64,000 nucleotides of DNA from Octopus sinensis. Lineage: Eukaryota. The position numbers and the translations under genes were made by a program. This document shows, one piece after another, positions 13,198-26,665 of the stretch. The notes beneath the pieces were generated by a model that did no database searches, was not told the DNA's origin, and saw only the letters and a program-made list of their open reading frames with translations. Position 1 is the stretch's first letter; every line of letters begins with the position of its first letter. The stretch lies in assembly GCF_006345805.1 (NCBI RefSeq), contig NC_043000.1, forward strand, positions 155,868,001 through 155,932,000, in the 5' to 3' direction.

Positions 13198-13762
13198 TGC
13201 GGTTGTCCGGAAAGTTCGTTTCGATTTTTAAAGGAGAGAAAAAGGTCAATAAATACTTTCCATTACATTTTTAATCAACCAAATATGAACCGTTTTGTTG
13301 CGCAATGCATCTCCATCTTTCCTTTAATTTGAAAACACCCTCTTCCCAGAAATGAGGTGGTTTCATGGCAAAGAATTCATCAAGGTATCTTTTTATATCA
13401 TCAAGGAATTGAAATTTTTACCATTAAGACTACTCTGCAGAGACCTGAATAAGTGGAAATCCGAAGGAGCAATATCTGGTGAATATGGAGGGTGGGGTAA
13501 CACATCCCAGCCAAGCTGCAGCAATTTTTGTCTGGTTCTCAAAGCATCAAATGCTGAAAATGAACTTTCTTATCTTCCATTTTAAAGGGTTACAAAATTA
13601 ACACAGGTTATAGGAACATAAACCTTCTTCCACGAAAAGATAGATTAAACTGTGCTCTAAATGGAGGTGTAGTCAAATCCTATTTTATGGACTCAACGAG
13701 GTTCTAAAATAAGTCGAAAGGTAAGCTACTATAAATCGGCACAAACTTTCCGGACAACCCAA
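13198..13762 (-). mobile_element. Internally deleted mariner transposon
   Basis: TIRs ggttgtccggaaagtt / aactttccggacaacc with flanking TA. Minus strand encodes PHPPYSPDIAPSDFHLFRSLQ. Confidence 0.9.
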
Positions 13763-14068
13763 TAGATCAACTCATCAGAGACACTGAATACCTCCCCAAA
13801 GACCTCCTTCAACTAATGCAGGACCAAAATGGATGGATTGTTAAAAACGTCTGAGCAAGCGCAACTAGATGATGATGATGATTTGAACATTACGCTTTGG
13901 TCAAATGGAAAATTAGTCTGAGACAAATTATTTTGCATGAGAACATAAATTTTAACAATGTCCATTTGTTCCCAAATTTCATTATTTTCCTGAAACTGCT
14001 CTGTGAAAATTTGAACAAATCACCAGGTACAGAGAACATTTTTATATATAATATAAAAAAGCACTTAC

Positions 14069-14233
14069 TTATCATGAATCTTAATGTATGGCCATTTTGG
14101 TGGTGCTATGTCCTTCTGCCAATCAACAAGCAAGGTTTCAATGTTTATAGGATTTACTATGGGAGCTCTTTTAACCTGTTCTATCATTCCAGTTGAGATG
14201 GCCATGGCTGGCGTTGATTTTTGCAAGTTTTCT
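14069..14233 (-). CDS. VPS13B: VPS13B exon 19 (165 nt, phase 2 to 2)
   Basis: ccttcag/AGAAAAC ... GATAA/gtaagt. Peptide PAMAISTGMIEQV...PPKWPY, cf. human AVPISTSLIKQI...QPIWPY. Confidence 0.9.
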
Positions 14234-15454
14234 CTGAAGGGAAGTAATGAGGGAAACAATTATGACAGAACAACAATCAAAGTAAGCAACATTTCTTTTT
14301 AGACCGGTGTTAGACCGGTGTTAGACCAATCATCAAAAGTGACCAATCCATTTTTTTGTGTGTAACTATGATTACTTTAATAAATAGGTGTTTCTCTTTT
14401 TTTTGTGTATGTGTGTGTGTGGGGGGGAGATACATATTTATGATTTAAGATTTGGCTGCTATGTCTAGCATGTCAATTTACCATGTACAGGTTCTTTAAT
14501 TGGTGTGTTTTGTAAGTGATTTTATATATTAGGAGGAATTAATCTTTATTTTATTACCTAACATCAACTTAACCATTGTTGGTACAACATTTGCTTTTTA
14601 CTGGATCAAATATCTTTCCACATTAACAAATTAACATCTTTCTTAGGCAGATAGCAATATTCATCATCGTAGTTGTGGTACCAGTGCCGGTGGCATGTAA
14701 GAGAACCATCCGAACGTGGCCGTAGCCAGCACCGTATCGACTGGCCTCCGTGCTGGTGGCACGTAACAAACACCATCCGATCATGGCCGTGCCAGCCTCG
14801 CCAGGCCTCCGTGCCGGTGGCACGTAAAAAGCACCGTCCGAGTGTGGCATTTCGACAACCTCATCTGGCACCTGTGTCAGTGGCACATAAAAAGCACCCA
14901 CTACACTCACGGAGTGGTTGGCATTAGGAAGGGCATCCAGCTGTAGAAACACCACCAGATGAAACTGGGCCTGGTGCAGCCTTTGGGCTTCCCAGACCCC
15001 AGTTGAACCGTCCAACCCATGCTAGCATGGAAAGCGGACGTTAAACGACGACGATGATGATGATGATTTGATGCTTGTTTTCCATGTTGGCATGGGCTGG
15101 ACGGTTTGACAAAAGCTGGCCAGCCAGAGAGCTGTCCAAACTTCCATCTTGGCCTGGTTTCTATGGCTGGATGTCCTTCCCTAACACCAACTGCCTTACA
15201 GAGTATGCTGGGTGCTGGCAATAGTATTACGAAAACTTAGGATAATAGTGAAAACAGTCTTTTTATTATGTTTTTCCTCATTTCTAAAATAAATTCTTTT
15301 TAACATTTAAACTTTAAATTAGTGCAATATTAAAGGTTCCAGAAACAGAAGAAATTTCAAGCATATTTGTTTTAATATTTAGTAATGCGTTTGTCCATTT
15401 TAGGATGCGCAAACCCAGTTCTGAATATTTTGATATTCATACTAATGTCTAGAA

Positions 15455-15683
15455 TTAACCCTTTCGTTACCATATTTAGTTTGAGATGTTCTGTGTTTCT
15501 TTAAATTACTTCAAATATAACAAAGAATTTAGTAAATTAATTTAATTATTATTAAGCTATTGTTAGGAACATTAATTGAGACTAAAGTTTGGTGGAAGAT
15601 TTTAATTTAGAATTTTTGAAAACAAGACATTTGTACTACAGAGCCAGAACCGGTTTCAGCCGGGTTGGGAACGAAAGGGTTAA
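15455..15683 (-). mobile_element. piggyBac-type MITE P1
   Basis: TTAA-ccctttcgtt ... aacgaaaggg-TTAA. Confidence 0.88.
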
Positions 15684-15950
15684 AATATTATCTCCCCTCA
15701 TGCACACACACACACACACACACTAATCATTCCCTTATGAAGCTGAGAGTAGTTCTTATTCATTTATTTTTTAAATCAAGGATACAATACAATCTTAGCA
15801 CTGTCTACATTTATTATGAGCAATTAATATCTAGACCACACATTCCATGAGTATTATAAATATTTAAAATATAACTTCATAGTAAGGATGGTTATAAATT
15901 ATAACCTCCTGTAGTAAAATGGACCATAGTAAAACAGGAACTGATTATCA

Positions 15951-16178
15951 TTAACCCTTTCATTACCAACCCGGCTGAAACCGGCTCTGGCTCTGTGTAC
16001 AAAAGTCTTGTTTTCATAAGTTTTGAATTAAAATCTTCCACTAAACTTCAGTCACAATTTATGTTTCTAACACTAGCTGAATGATAACTAAGTTATTTTA
16101 CTAAATTCTTTGTTATATTTAAAGTAATTGAAAGAAACACAGAGCATCCCAAAATAAATACAGTAACGAAAGGGTTAA
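15951..16178 (+). mobile_element. piggyBac-type MITE P1 (further copies 35655-35883 and 51815-52043)
   Basis: Same TIRs and TTAA target duplication. Confidence 0.88.
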
Positions 16179-16355
16179 ATCAACAATATATATTTTGAGG
16201 GGATAACATAATGTTAAATGGCACTTAAATTGCACAGCTTTTCAAATGCAGTGACATTAGACCTCTATAGATTTATACCATTCTGCTACTGCCTATTACT
16301 AAAGATCCGATAATGTCACCACAAAAAGATGGAGCACATCAGATGGAGATAAACT

Positions 16356-16655
16356 GGATCTTTTCCTTTTGGTGGATGGAATTTTCTAGTTAACTAAACA
16401 ATTTGAAACTTCGTATACTGGTAGAATGTGTCAAAAGAAAACATTATTGTAAACAAAATTGAAAACAAAATTGTAATTTGTAACTTTAACGTAGTTTAAT
16501 TCTACGAATTTTAACCAATGAAATCCCAGCATTTCAGCTCAAATCATTTGCTGCGTATATCGATATTGGTAGAATATTGACACATTCTACCAGTATACGA
16601 AGTTTCAAATTTTTTAGTTAACTAGAAAATTCCGTCCATCAAAAGGAAAAGATCC
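16356..16655. mobile_element. MITE with ~79-bp terminal inverted repeats
   Basis: 16356-16434 is a near-perfect reverse complement of 16577-16655. Confidence 0.8.
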
Positions 16656-16698
16656 GATAAACTTAGTCTGGTGAACTTTGTATCTAATTCAAACTTAC

Positions 16699-16874
16699 CC
16701 CAGTTGAAATGTTAGGGAATGTACGATGTCGCCACCTAGACAAGACAGCTGAAAAGGCTGGCCTTCACTCGGGATCTCAATTTGCTGTAACTTTCCTAGC
16801 TTTGGTGTTTCTAAATCAATGTACAGTGGCACAGGCAGATGGGACTTCAGAACAAACAAAGGTGACAGGATAAT
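16699..16874 (-). CDS. VPS13B: VPS13B exon 18 (176 nt, phase 0 to 2)
   Basis: ctccag/ATTATC ... CTGGG/gtaagt. Peptide IILSPLFVLKSHLPVPLYIDLE...VHSLTFQL, cf. human IVFSPLFIMRSHLPDPIIIHLE...VHHLTFQ. Confidence 0.96.
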
Positions 16875-17228
16875 CTGGAGAGGATAAAACAATTGTTTGT
16901 GAAAAATACAAAGAAAAGCTACTTCTTAAAAAAAAAATAACAATTAATTAAGCACAAGATTATATATTAATGACATTTATTTTTCTTTCTAACACATTTC
17001 TTTTTCTTTTTTTTTTTTTGCTTATGTCAGATCATACCAAAATGAAAAAATAGATTTTATTCTTCCAGCCTCAATAAAATAGGTACTGGTCAAATACTGG
17101 GGTCAATATAATTGATAGGTCCCTCCCATAAAAATCATTATAACTATTACTCTTATTTCTTTTTAATTGCACAATATGGATGTGACAAACTAGTTTCTGC
17201 CTACTATTATTATTATTATTATAATAAC

Positions 17229-17270
<42 letters not shown>

Positions 17271-17898
17271 TTAACATCCGCTTTCCATGCTAGCATGGGT
17301 TGGACGGTTCAACTGGGGTCTGGGAAGCCAGAAGGCTGCACCAGGCCTAGTCTGATCTGGCAGTGTTTCAATAGCTGGATGCCCTTCCAAACGCCAACCA
17401 CTCCGTGAGTGTAGTGGGTGCTTTTTACGTGCCACCTGCACAGGTGCCAGACGAGGCTGGCAAACGGCCACGATCGGATGGTGCATTTTATGTGCCACCG
17501 GCACAGAAGCCAGTCAGGGTGGCGCTGGCTACAGCCACGTTCGGATGGTTCTCTTATGTGCCACCGGCACTGGTATCACAGCTACAAATTCCACTGATGT
17601 TGATAGATTACGATTTTGATTTTCTCTTGCCTCAAAAGGTCTTCACAAGTGGAGTATTGTGTCCCAAGAAGGAAAGGAACGCATAAGTGGGCTGGCTACA
17701 TCCCAGGTAGAGGCCACGGGATTATGGCCTCACTTGTCCTGGGTTGGACGGTTCAACTGGGGTCTGGGAAGCCAGAAGGCTGCGCCAGGCCCAGTCTGAT
17801 CTGGCAGTGTTTCTACAGCTGGATGCCCTTCCTAACGCCAACCACTCCGAGAGTGTAGTGGGTGCTTTTTATGAGCCACCCACTACACAATAATAATA

Positions 17899-17934
<36 letters not shown>

Positions 17935-17939
<5 letters not shown>

Positions 17940-18167
17940 GACCTTTTGAGCGGGATGGGCTACTCGACTGAAGAAAATTCTAACTGGGCCCCACCTGCAA
18001 GGTCATGCGCTGTTTACCTTGATATGAGATCACCATGTCGCGCACATATGGTTGTGATGCATGTGCCCGGTGTACCCTTATCAGACGGGTAGTCATGATG
18101 GGTATATTGGGCTTCGTATATTTTACCCCAGTGTCACTTTGATGGCATTCACTGCTCTTTCACTCAC

Positions 18168-18170
<3 letters not shown>
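17935..18170 (+). repeat. Interspersed repeat flanked by (AAT)n tracts
   Basis: GC-richer unit between two (AAT)n runs; SINE-like architecture. Confidence 0.55.
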
Positions 18171-18202
<32 letters not shown>

Positions 18203-18229
18203 TACCACACAAACTTAGTGAAGAAGAAT

Positions 18230-18700
18230 ATATACCACACAAGTGCATCGAACCTCTGCAGAATGTGTAGGAAGAGGGTCGAAAGTGTGACTCACATTAC
18301 TAGTGCTAATGAAAGTCTTGCGCAGAAAGAGTACACAAGTAGACATAACAAAGTAGCCCCAAACCTCCACTGGCTACTATACCATAAGTATGGACATGAG
18401 GTTACGAGTGCTTGGTACCTACATACACCAGAAAAGGTAATGGATGAAAAGGGGAAGGCAAAAAGCTTCTGGGACTTTGATTCCCAGACAAAGTGTTAGA
18501 GCACTGAAGGCCAGATATAATAAACTTTAGGAGGGTCAAATAAGAGTGCCTAATAATCGACGTAGCTATGCCAGGAGATCAACACATCATCATGAAAGAT
18601 AGAGAAAAAAATTGTTAAATGTGGAGACCTAAGAATTGAGATCGCTAAGATGTGGCAGCTACAAGAGTCGAACATAATGGTTATCCTTATAGTTAGCACT
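18230..18700 (+). mobile_element. R4/Dong-like (REL-endonuclease) non-LTR fragment
   Basis: CRMCRKRVESVTHITS..ESLAQKEYTSRHNKVA..LHW...FWDF...RPD...IDVAMPGD...DLRIEIAKMW: zinc knuckle plus restriction-like endonuclease motifs. Confidence 0.8.
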
Positions 18701-18913
18701 ATATCAAAACTGTCTCTCATCACCCATATCAATGTTACCCTCTTGTAGACACTGAATTGCTGCTGTTGTTCAGGTTGGGCATTAGCCACACTAATCTCAC
18801 CTGCCTGAGAAATGGGGTCTGCAAATATTGTGGTCACTGCTCTGCTTAATCTGACTAAATTATTAGAAAAAGAAAAAAACATCATAATTGGCATGAATTT
18901 CTTTTTAACTTAC

Positions 18914-18997
18914 CAATTTCTGGATAGCTAGACCATAGTCCTGAGAGTATATATGGCACCACAAATGGATGTACTGGTTCTTTACAAGTATAGGAAT
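18914..18997 (-). CDS. VPS13B: VPS13B exon 17 (84 nt, phase 0 to 0)
   Basis: atcacag/ATTCCT ... AAATTG/gtaagt. Peptide IPILVKNQYIHLWCHIYSQDYGLAIQKL, cf. human VPSSNSSIIYVWCTVL. Confidence 0.88.
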
Positions 18998-19208
18998 CTG
19001 TGATAGGAAGAATAAACACAGTTAAAATGAGAAACAGTCATATATTGATACAATCTTCTTCGCTATCTCTAGCTGTCACATCCTGGACGTTCTATAGAGG
19101 CAAGCATGAGAGTGCCAAGAGGGTGTCTATGTCTATCTACAAATGCACACACAATTAAAAAAAAATTTTTTTGCAAAAGTAAATACTGAATACCAAATAA
19201 AATATATT

Positions 19209-19417
19209 ACTCTTTTACTTGTTTCAGTCATTTGACTGCGGCCATGCTGGAGCACCGCCTTTAATCGAGCAACTCGACCCCGGGACTTATTCTTTTGTAA
19301 GCCCAGTACTTATTCTATTGGTCTCTTTTGCCGAACCGCTAAGTAACGGGGACATAAACACACCAGCATCGGTTGTCAAGCAATGCTAGGGGGACAAACA
19401 CAGACACACAAACATAT

Positions 19418-19451
<34 letters not shown>

Positions 19452-19625
19452 ATATATACGACGGGCTTCTTTCAGTTTCCGTCTACCAAATCCACTCACA
19501 AGGCTTTGGTCGGCCTGAGGTTACAGTAGAAGACACTTGCACAAGGTTCCACGCAGTGGGACTGAACCCCCGGAACCATGTGGTTGGTAAACAAGCTATT
19601 TACCACACAGCCACTCCTACGCCTA
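19209..19625 (-). mobile_element. SINE family A
   Basis: Same family. Confidence 0.88.
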
Positions 19626-19874
19626 TGTATTGCAGTATTTCTTTGCATTTTGAATTGAAATTTCATTGAAGTTAACTTTGTCAAATTTGCTTGTGAATGA
19701 CACCTGTGGTCTCTCTCTCTATCTCTCTCTCTCACACACACACATGCATTCATTCTCATTACTAATGCAGTAACTAATTTATTTCAGTGTCATGGTGACA
19801 GCTAGGCCAGTCTGTAAAATAAAATTCAAAGTTGCAATAAAAATCTGTTGCCCAGTTTTCAATGACAAACTAAC

Positions 19875-20123
19875 CTTGACCAATCGAGTTTCTTTCATAC
19901 GTTCACCACAGATGTATACCTCCTGTGACCATGCCGTTGGCACACCTGACTGGCGCAAGCGTAAAACACATGGTTCTCTTTCATCGTAAATCAGCGACCT
20001 GCCATTTCTAGATGCCTCCAGGGTCGTTGATGTATACGTAGTTCGATGTCTGTTTGTGACTACTTTCATTTCCAGGGGCAGACTGAGGCGGTTAGAGAAC
20101 AGCAGCTGACCACGGATGATAAC
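19875..20123 (-). CDS. VPS13B: VPS13B exon 16 (249 nt, phase 0 to 0)
   Basis: actgcag/GTTATC ... GTCAAG/gttagt. Peptide VIIRGQLLFSNRLSLPLEMKVV...WSQEVYI, cf. human IIICGRQIICSYLSQSIELKVV...WSRDVCL. Confidence 0.93.
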
Positions 20124-21012
20124 CTGCAGTGAAAGAAAGACATCAGCAAATATTTAGTTACAAAATAATTCTAAAGCATTTATATTGTTTTTGATGTGGT
20201 TTTATTTTCATTCAGTTACTTAAGGATTGTGACCACTTTGCTTAACATTAGTTCTTTTTTTTTTCTATATTCTTTTACTTGTTTCAGTCATTTGACTGTG
20301 GCCATGCTGGAGCACCGCCTTCAGTTGAGCAAATCGACCCCAGGACTTATTCTTTGTAAACCTATTCTATCGGTCTCTTTTGCCGAACCACTAAGTTACG
20401 GGGACGTAAACACATCAGCATCAGTTGTCAAGCGATGTTGGGGGGGAGACAAACACAGATACACAAACATATACATACATGCATCGTCTGGCTCGTAAAA
20501 AGCACCCACTACACTCACGGAGTGGTCGGCGTTAGGAAGGGCATCCAGCTGTAGAAACACTGCCAGATCTGACTGGGCCTGATGCAGCCTTCTGGCTTCA
20601 CAGACCCCGGTTGAACCATCCATGGAAAGTAGACGTTAAACGATGATGATGATGATGATGATGTTATAGAGTTATACAGTATTTTGTTTGTATGGATGAA
20701 ACTGATAGGATCTTTCTAGCAGAAACTAACGACATTTCTGACAATAAAATTAATGGAACTGCTTAGGATATGACAAATGTGATTCTTCATCATGGCAATA
20801 TTGCTAAATTAAAGTCAAATCATAGGATTAAATTGGTATGAACTTATTTCGAAATTATTAGCACTTCACACTACAATAGTAGAATCCTCCTAGCTAATTT
20901 TAATTAGGTGGTATTTAATCATTTCTAACATTGGCTATGGAGAGCAATATCATCATCATCATCATCCAAAAATTTATTGTAAAATGACTAAAAGACACTG
21001 CATATTTACTAG

Positions 21013-21390
21013 TGGAGGCACAATGGCCCAGTGGTTAGGGCAGCGGACTTGTGGTCATAGGATCGCAGTTTCGATTCCCAGACCGAGCGTTGTGAGTGTT
21101 TATTGAGCGAAAACACCTAAAGCTCCACGAGGCTCTGGCAGGGGATAGTGGTGATCCCTGCTGTACTCTTTCACCACAACTCTTACTTCCTGTTTCTGTT
21201 GTACCTGTATTTCAAAGGGCCGGCCTTGTCACTCTCTGTGTCACGCTGAATATCCCCGAGAACTGCGTTAAGGGTACACGTGTCTGTGGAGTGCTCAGCC
21301 ACTTACACGTTAATTTCACGAGCAGGCTGTTCCGTTGATTCGGATCAACCGGAACCCTCGTCGTCGTAACAGATGGAGTGCTTTCATCCA
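21013..21390 (+). mobile_element. SINE family B copy
   Basis: Same family, small internal deletion, flanked by actagtg on both sides. Confidence 0.88.
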
Positions 21391-22051
21391 CTAGTGTAAT
21401 AAAACCTCAGAATTTGTAGAGCAAAATGTGATATTTTTTCTTGTAGAGTGTTAGATATGAAGCTTAGGGATTAGAATGTTGGGTCAAGATCATAAAGACC
21501 TGAATTTGATTCCTGAACTAGGTAGTACATTGTATCTTTGAGCAAGGTACTAGATTTTGCTTCAGTTTACTCAGACAAGTGTTGGAGCACTCCTCTCTCC
21601 CTACAGCTGCCACGTCCTGGATGTTCAGCTAGGTCTAGGGTGGTAGGGCCAAGAGGGTGTCTATGTCTGCTCACAGTTACACAAATACCTAAAACAATTG
21701 GCAAAAGCATGATACATGCTTCAAAGTTCAACTTTCATACAAGTGACAGCTTTGGCTAGCTGACTGGTTGTTTTGATGTGGTGATATGAAAGACCATATT
21801 ATCTATATGGTTGATATCACGAAGGTCACCTGCACTTGATGAAAACACGGGTCTCCAGTAACGATCTAGGAATCTGGAGTCAAATCTAATTTCATGAATT
21901 AATGAATTACAGAAAACAAAATTTATATTTAAATGTAACAAGAATAAGACGAACTGGATAGAATATGCCTTTTAGATACCAACCAATAATAGAAAAGTAA
22001 AAGAAAAGTAGATATCAACATGTTAATGAGAAAAATATTTATTAAACTTAC

Positions 22052-22204
22052 CTGTTTTTGAACATTTGATAATGCTTTTACTTTGATAATCAACTTCAAG
22101 TTACTAGAATTGGTTGCAACAACACGGACAATGATGCCATCTTCATCAATAGAAAATGGGTCACACCAGAACCAGGTCTCTGCATTAACGCACACATGCA
22201 ACAT
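22052..22204 (-). CDS. VPS13B: VPS13B exon 15 (153 nt, phase 0 to 0)
   Basis: cctacag/ATGTTG ... AAACAG/gtaagt. Peptide MLHVCVNAETWFWCDPFSIDEDGIIVR...LIIKVKALSNVQKQ, cf. human LLHICIEGWGNWRWSEPFSVD...LIIKVQQLNGVQKQ. Confidence 0.96.
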
Positions 22205-22234
22205 CTGTAGGAAGAGAAAAGAAATGATACAGCT

Positions 22235-22678
22235 ATAGGCGCAGGAGTGGCTTGAAGGCGCAGGAGTGGCTGTGTGGTGAGCAGCTTGCTAACCAGCCAC
22301 ATGGTTCCGGGTTCAGTCCCACTGCGTGGCATCTTGGGCAAGTGTCTTCTGCTATAGCCCCGGGCTGACCAATGCCTTGTGAGTGGATTTAGTAGACGGA
22401 AACTGAAAGAAGCCTGTCGTATATATATACATATATATATGTATATGTGTGTGTATATGTTTGTGTGTCTGTGTTTGTCCCCCTAGCATTGCTTGACAAC
22501 CGATGCTGGTGTGTTTACGTCCCCGTCTCTTAGCGGTTTGGCAAAAGAGACTGATAGAATAAGTACTAGGCTTACAAAGAATAAGTCCCAGGGTCGATTT
22601 GCTCGACTAAAGGCGGTGCTCCAGCATGGCCGCAGTCAAATGACTGAAACAAGTAAAAGAGTAAAAGAGTAAAAGAGT
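22235..22678 (+). mobile_element. SINE family A with duplicated head
   Basis: aggcgcaggagtggct occurs twice at the 5' end. Lies ~30 nt from the exon 15 acceptor. Confidence 0.88.
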
Positions 22679-24485
22679 AGAATAGTTAAACTTGTGGTAA
22701 AGCGGCCCAGAGTAAGCTGTTACAGTAACTTGTATACAGATCTTTCATGTATACACTATCTCTAACTCTAATATTAACACATGGGAAGTTATTGGTCTAC
22801 AATAGGAGATTGTTCACAGACACCAACAGTTATGATCAGCATTAGAATCAATGAATGATTGTAGAATGATCAATATAAGGAGTAATGTGAATGATTAGTC
22901 TATGATCAATACAAAGAACATTATGGATCAACAGAACGACAGATGTGAATGACCAGACAACTACCATCATGAATGATCATGGAATGATTAACATAATGGT
23001 CAACATAAGAGAATGATCAATACAAGGATTAACATAATCAACAGAATGATCGATGATACGATCGACGGCACGTAAAAAGCACCATCCGATCGGGGCCATT
23101 TGCCAGCCTCGTCTGGCACCTGTGCAGGTGGCACATAAAAAGCACCCACTACACTCACAGAGTGGTTGGCGTTAGGAAGGGCATCCAGCTGTAGAAACAC
23201 TGCCAGATCAGACTGGGCCTGGCGCAGCCTCCTGGCTTCCCAGACCCCAGTTGAACCATCCAACCCATGCTAGCATGGAAAGCGGACGCTAAACGATGAT
23301 GATGATGATGAATAGTAGGATCTATATGAACAATAACCATTTTAATGATCACTATTTCTTGAACTGCTAAGTTTATAGAACATCAAGGAATACAATCAGT
23401 GAAACATAAGCTCACACACAGACATATATGTGGTGAGCTTTTATACAGTTTTCATCTACTGCAGTTCACACACAAGGGACACAAGCCAACCTAAAGGCTA
23501 CAGTAATATTGAACCTGGAACCAAGTGGTTGCAAATCAAAAATTCTTGACCACACACACCCATGTCTGTGCCTCTTTATACTTAGAATTTTACACACACA
23601 CACTCCTCATTATCAGAAATATTTCTCCGCCATATGAAAATAGAATATTATTTTGTTAGTAGTAATAATAGAAGAACCATCGTCATCATCATGATTATCT
23701 AACATCCGTTGTCCATGCTGGCATGGGTTGGACAGTTTGACCAGAAATGGCAAGCTGGGGAGTTGCACCAGGCTCCAGTCTGATTTGGCAGGGTTTTTAT
23801 AGCTGGATGCCCTTCCTAATGCCAATCACTTTATAGGGTGTGTTGGGTGCTTTTAAGTGGCACCTCACAAGCGCTAGTACATGGCATTGGCATGAGTGCT
23901 TTGTACATGGCACCAGCACAAGACTCTTGCAGGCTGATCCTCTTCACCAGGTGGGGCGGCCTTAACACTTCTGCTGTGGAGTACAGGTCTTCTTGAGTAC
24001 AGCATGGCGCCAAGATAATCAGTCCTTTGTCATATATGTAGGTGTGTGTGTGTGTATGTATGTATATGGTGGCACGTAAAAAGCACCATCCGATCGTGGC
24101 CTTTTGCCAGCCTCGTCTGGCACCTGTGCCGGTGGCACGTAAAAAGCACCCACTACACTCATGGAGTGGTTGGCGTTAGGAAGGGCATCTAGCCGTAGAA
24201 ACACTGCCAGATCAGACTGGGCCTGGTGCAGCCTTCTGGCTTCCCAGACCCCAGTTGCACTGTCCAACCCATGCCAGATAAAAGATATACCATCAGAATT
24301 CAAAAGTACAAAATTAAAACTAAATCAAAATTTCTCAGCTTCAAAATCAAATTGTTGACGAAAGAAGCTAATGAGAAATGTTACCTAGCAAAAATAAAAA
24401 AAAACCTGAACCATTGAGAGAGTTTTACAAAAGTGCTTCACATACTATTCAAGTGTACTTTTATTTCTTAGAGAACTGTACTTAC

Positions 24486-24566
24486 TGGAGTTGGTGTTTT
24501 CTGTGAACACCAGCTATAACAGTACATTTCCTCAGGCTTCAAAACCAAGTTTTCTGTGGTTCCAGT
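24486..24566 (-). CDS. VPS13B: VPS13B exon 14 (81 nt, phase 0 to 0)
   Basis: gttgcag/ACTGGA ... ACTCCA/gtaagt. Peptide TGTTENLVLKPEEMYCYSWCSQKTPTP, cf. human VDTDENILLASLHSHQYSWRSHKSP. Confidence 0.93.
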
Positions 24567-26665
24567 CTGCAACAGGTAAAAATTAATACAGGTATATATA
24601 GATATGTATAACAAACAACAAAGGTCATCCACCTAACATATCACATCTCGAACATTTAATCACATAATGCTTTCTCTTATACATAGAATACAGATGCATA
24701 AAATCACAGAAGATGAAACATAATTCATTTAGACAAGTGTATAAGAAAAATGCGGTTGGCATTATGAAGGAATTCCAATTGTAGAGACACATGCCAAAAT
24801 ACACACTGCAGCACAATGCAGTCCTTGAGACTGTTGAATCCTGTCAAACTGTCCAACCCATACCGGCATGGAACATGAACATCAATTGATCATGTGGCAC
24901 ATAAAAAGGCACCATTCGAGTGTGATCGTTACCAGCGTCACCTTACTGGCACTCGAGCCCTGAGCTAGTAGGGTGTTAAGAGTACCATCCAACCATGATC
25001 ATTGCCAGAGCGGCTATCTGGCCTCCATGCCGGCGGCACGTAAAAGACACCATTCGAGCGTGATCGTTACCAGCATCGCCTTACTGGACTGGCTCCTGGG
25101 CAGGGTGGCATGTATAAAAGATTCGAGCAAGGTCGTTGCCAGTACTGCCTGACTGGCCCCCATGCCGGTGGCACATAAAAGCATCCACTACACTCTCGGA
25201 GTGGTTGTTGGCGTTAGGAAGGGCATCCAGCTGTAGAAACTCTGCCAGATCAAGATTGAAGCCTGGTGCAGCCATCTGTTTCACTAGCCCTCAGTCAAAT
25301 CATCCAACCCATGTTAGCATGGAAAGCGAACATTAAACAATGATGATGATATATATAATGTACAATGAAATCTGTCGATAATGCACCCCATTGCACATAT
25401 TGTCTGCATACAACTGGTCAGGTAATGCTTGCTGAATGATTTAAGCTATATCTGCAATACACCAGTTAGGTGGTCAGTTTTCATTGATCAAGGTAGGATA
25501 CATAGTTAAATACAAAACAATTCAGAAGCCAGGACCACTACGGTCTAAGGGAAATCATCTGGTCCAACCTGTAGTTATCAAGGGGAAACTACTTTGCAAC
25601 ATTTGTTATATAAGATAGGTTTAGACTTGCGCTGCATTTTTCTGGTATGAGGAATTTCATCTCATGATAGCAATTAGACAACAGCTCTGATATCTGGTTA
25701 AATGATATCAAGAAATTATAGGTTAGGTAAATCCAATTTCATGATTTAATGATGGAGATAGACAAGGACAACTGTGTAAAGAAGTATCAATCACTAAGCA
25801 TGGAAGGAGCTTGTGGAAGAGGAAGATCTAGGACAAAGTAGTAAAGATTGATGTCAAGATATTGAGCCTCTTGTGGGAGATGACAGGGAACTGAGAGGAA
25901 TGGTGAATATCCTGTGCTTAAGAAGACCCATCCGTCTTAGGAGAATTGAGGTCCTGTCAAGTCTTCCCACAACTCAACTTCTAACACCTTTCCTCTATCA
26001 ATTTCCTGAGTTAACATTTTCCTTTCTTCAACATCAAAGGAAATTGTAGCTGAGATACCAGTGCCGGTGGCACTTAAGAGAACCGTCCGAACATGGCCAT
26101 TGCCAGCGCTGCCCCAACTGGCCTCCGTGCCAGTGGCACGAAAAAGCACCATCCGATTGTGGCCGTTACCAGCCTCGTCTGGCCCCCGTGCCGGTGGCAC
26201 GTAAAAAGCGCCATCCGATCGTATCTTAGTTTCATATCCCTCAATTCTATACCCAATTCAGTTGATGGGTCGCATCTTCCAAGTACTTGGTGACCTCACC
26301 AGTGTTGGTGACATGTAAAAAAAACACCCAGTTCACTCTGTGAAGATTGCTGGTGCTAGGAAGGGCATCCAGCTGTAGAAACCATGCCAAAGCAGACAGA
26401 ACATGATGAAGCCCACTGGCTTGTCCATGTTGAGCCGTCCAACCCATGACAGCATGAGAAAAGGGATGTCAAATGATGATGGAGGTGATAATGATGTATG
26501 CGTGTGGGCGTGTGTGTGTGTCTGAGGCTCACTGTTATGCTTTATCTCTATGCCATCAACAACAAACAGCAAAAATCATATCTACTTAAATTTTGAATTA
26601 ATTATACGGCCAAGGTCTGTAGCTTTCACTTAACCATCAGAACAGATCATCATCTTTATAAAGCA

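Noticed and set aside
22850-23065. Recurring aatgatc motif tract (similar degenerate tracts at 30720-30950 and 1490-1930)
   Set aside because: Degenerate low-complexity minisatellite with no stable period or structure.
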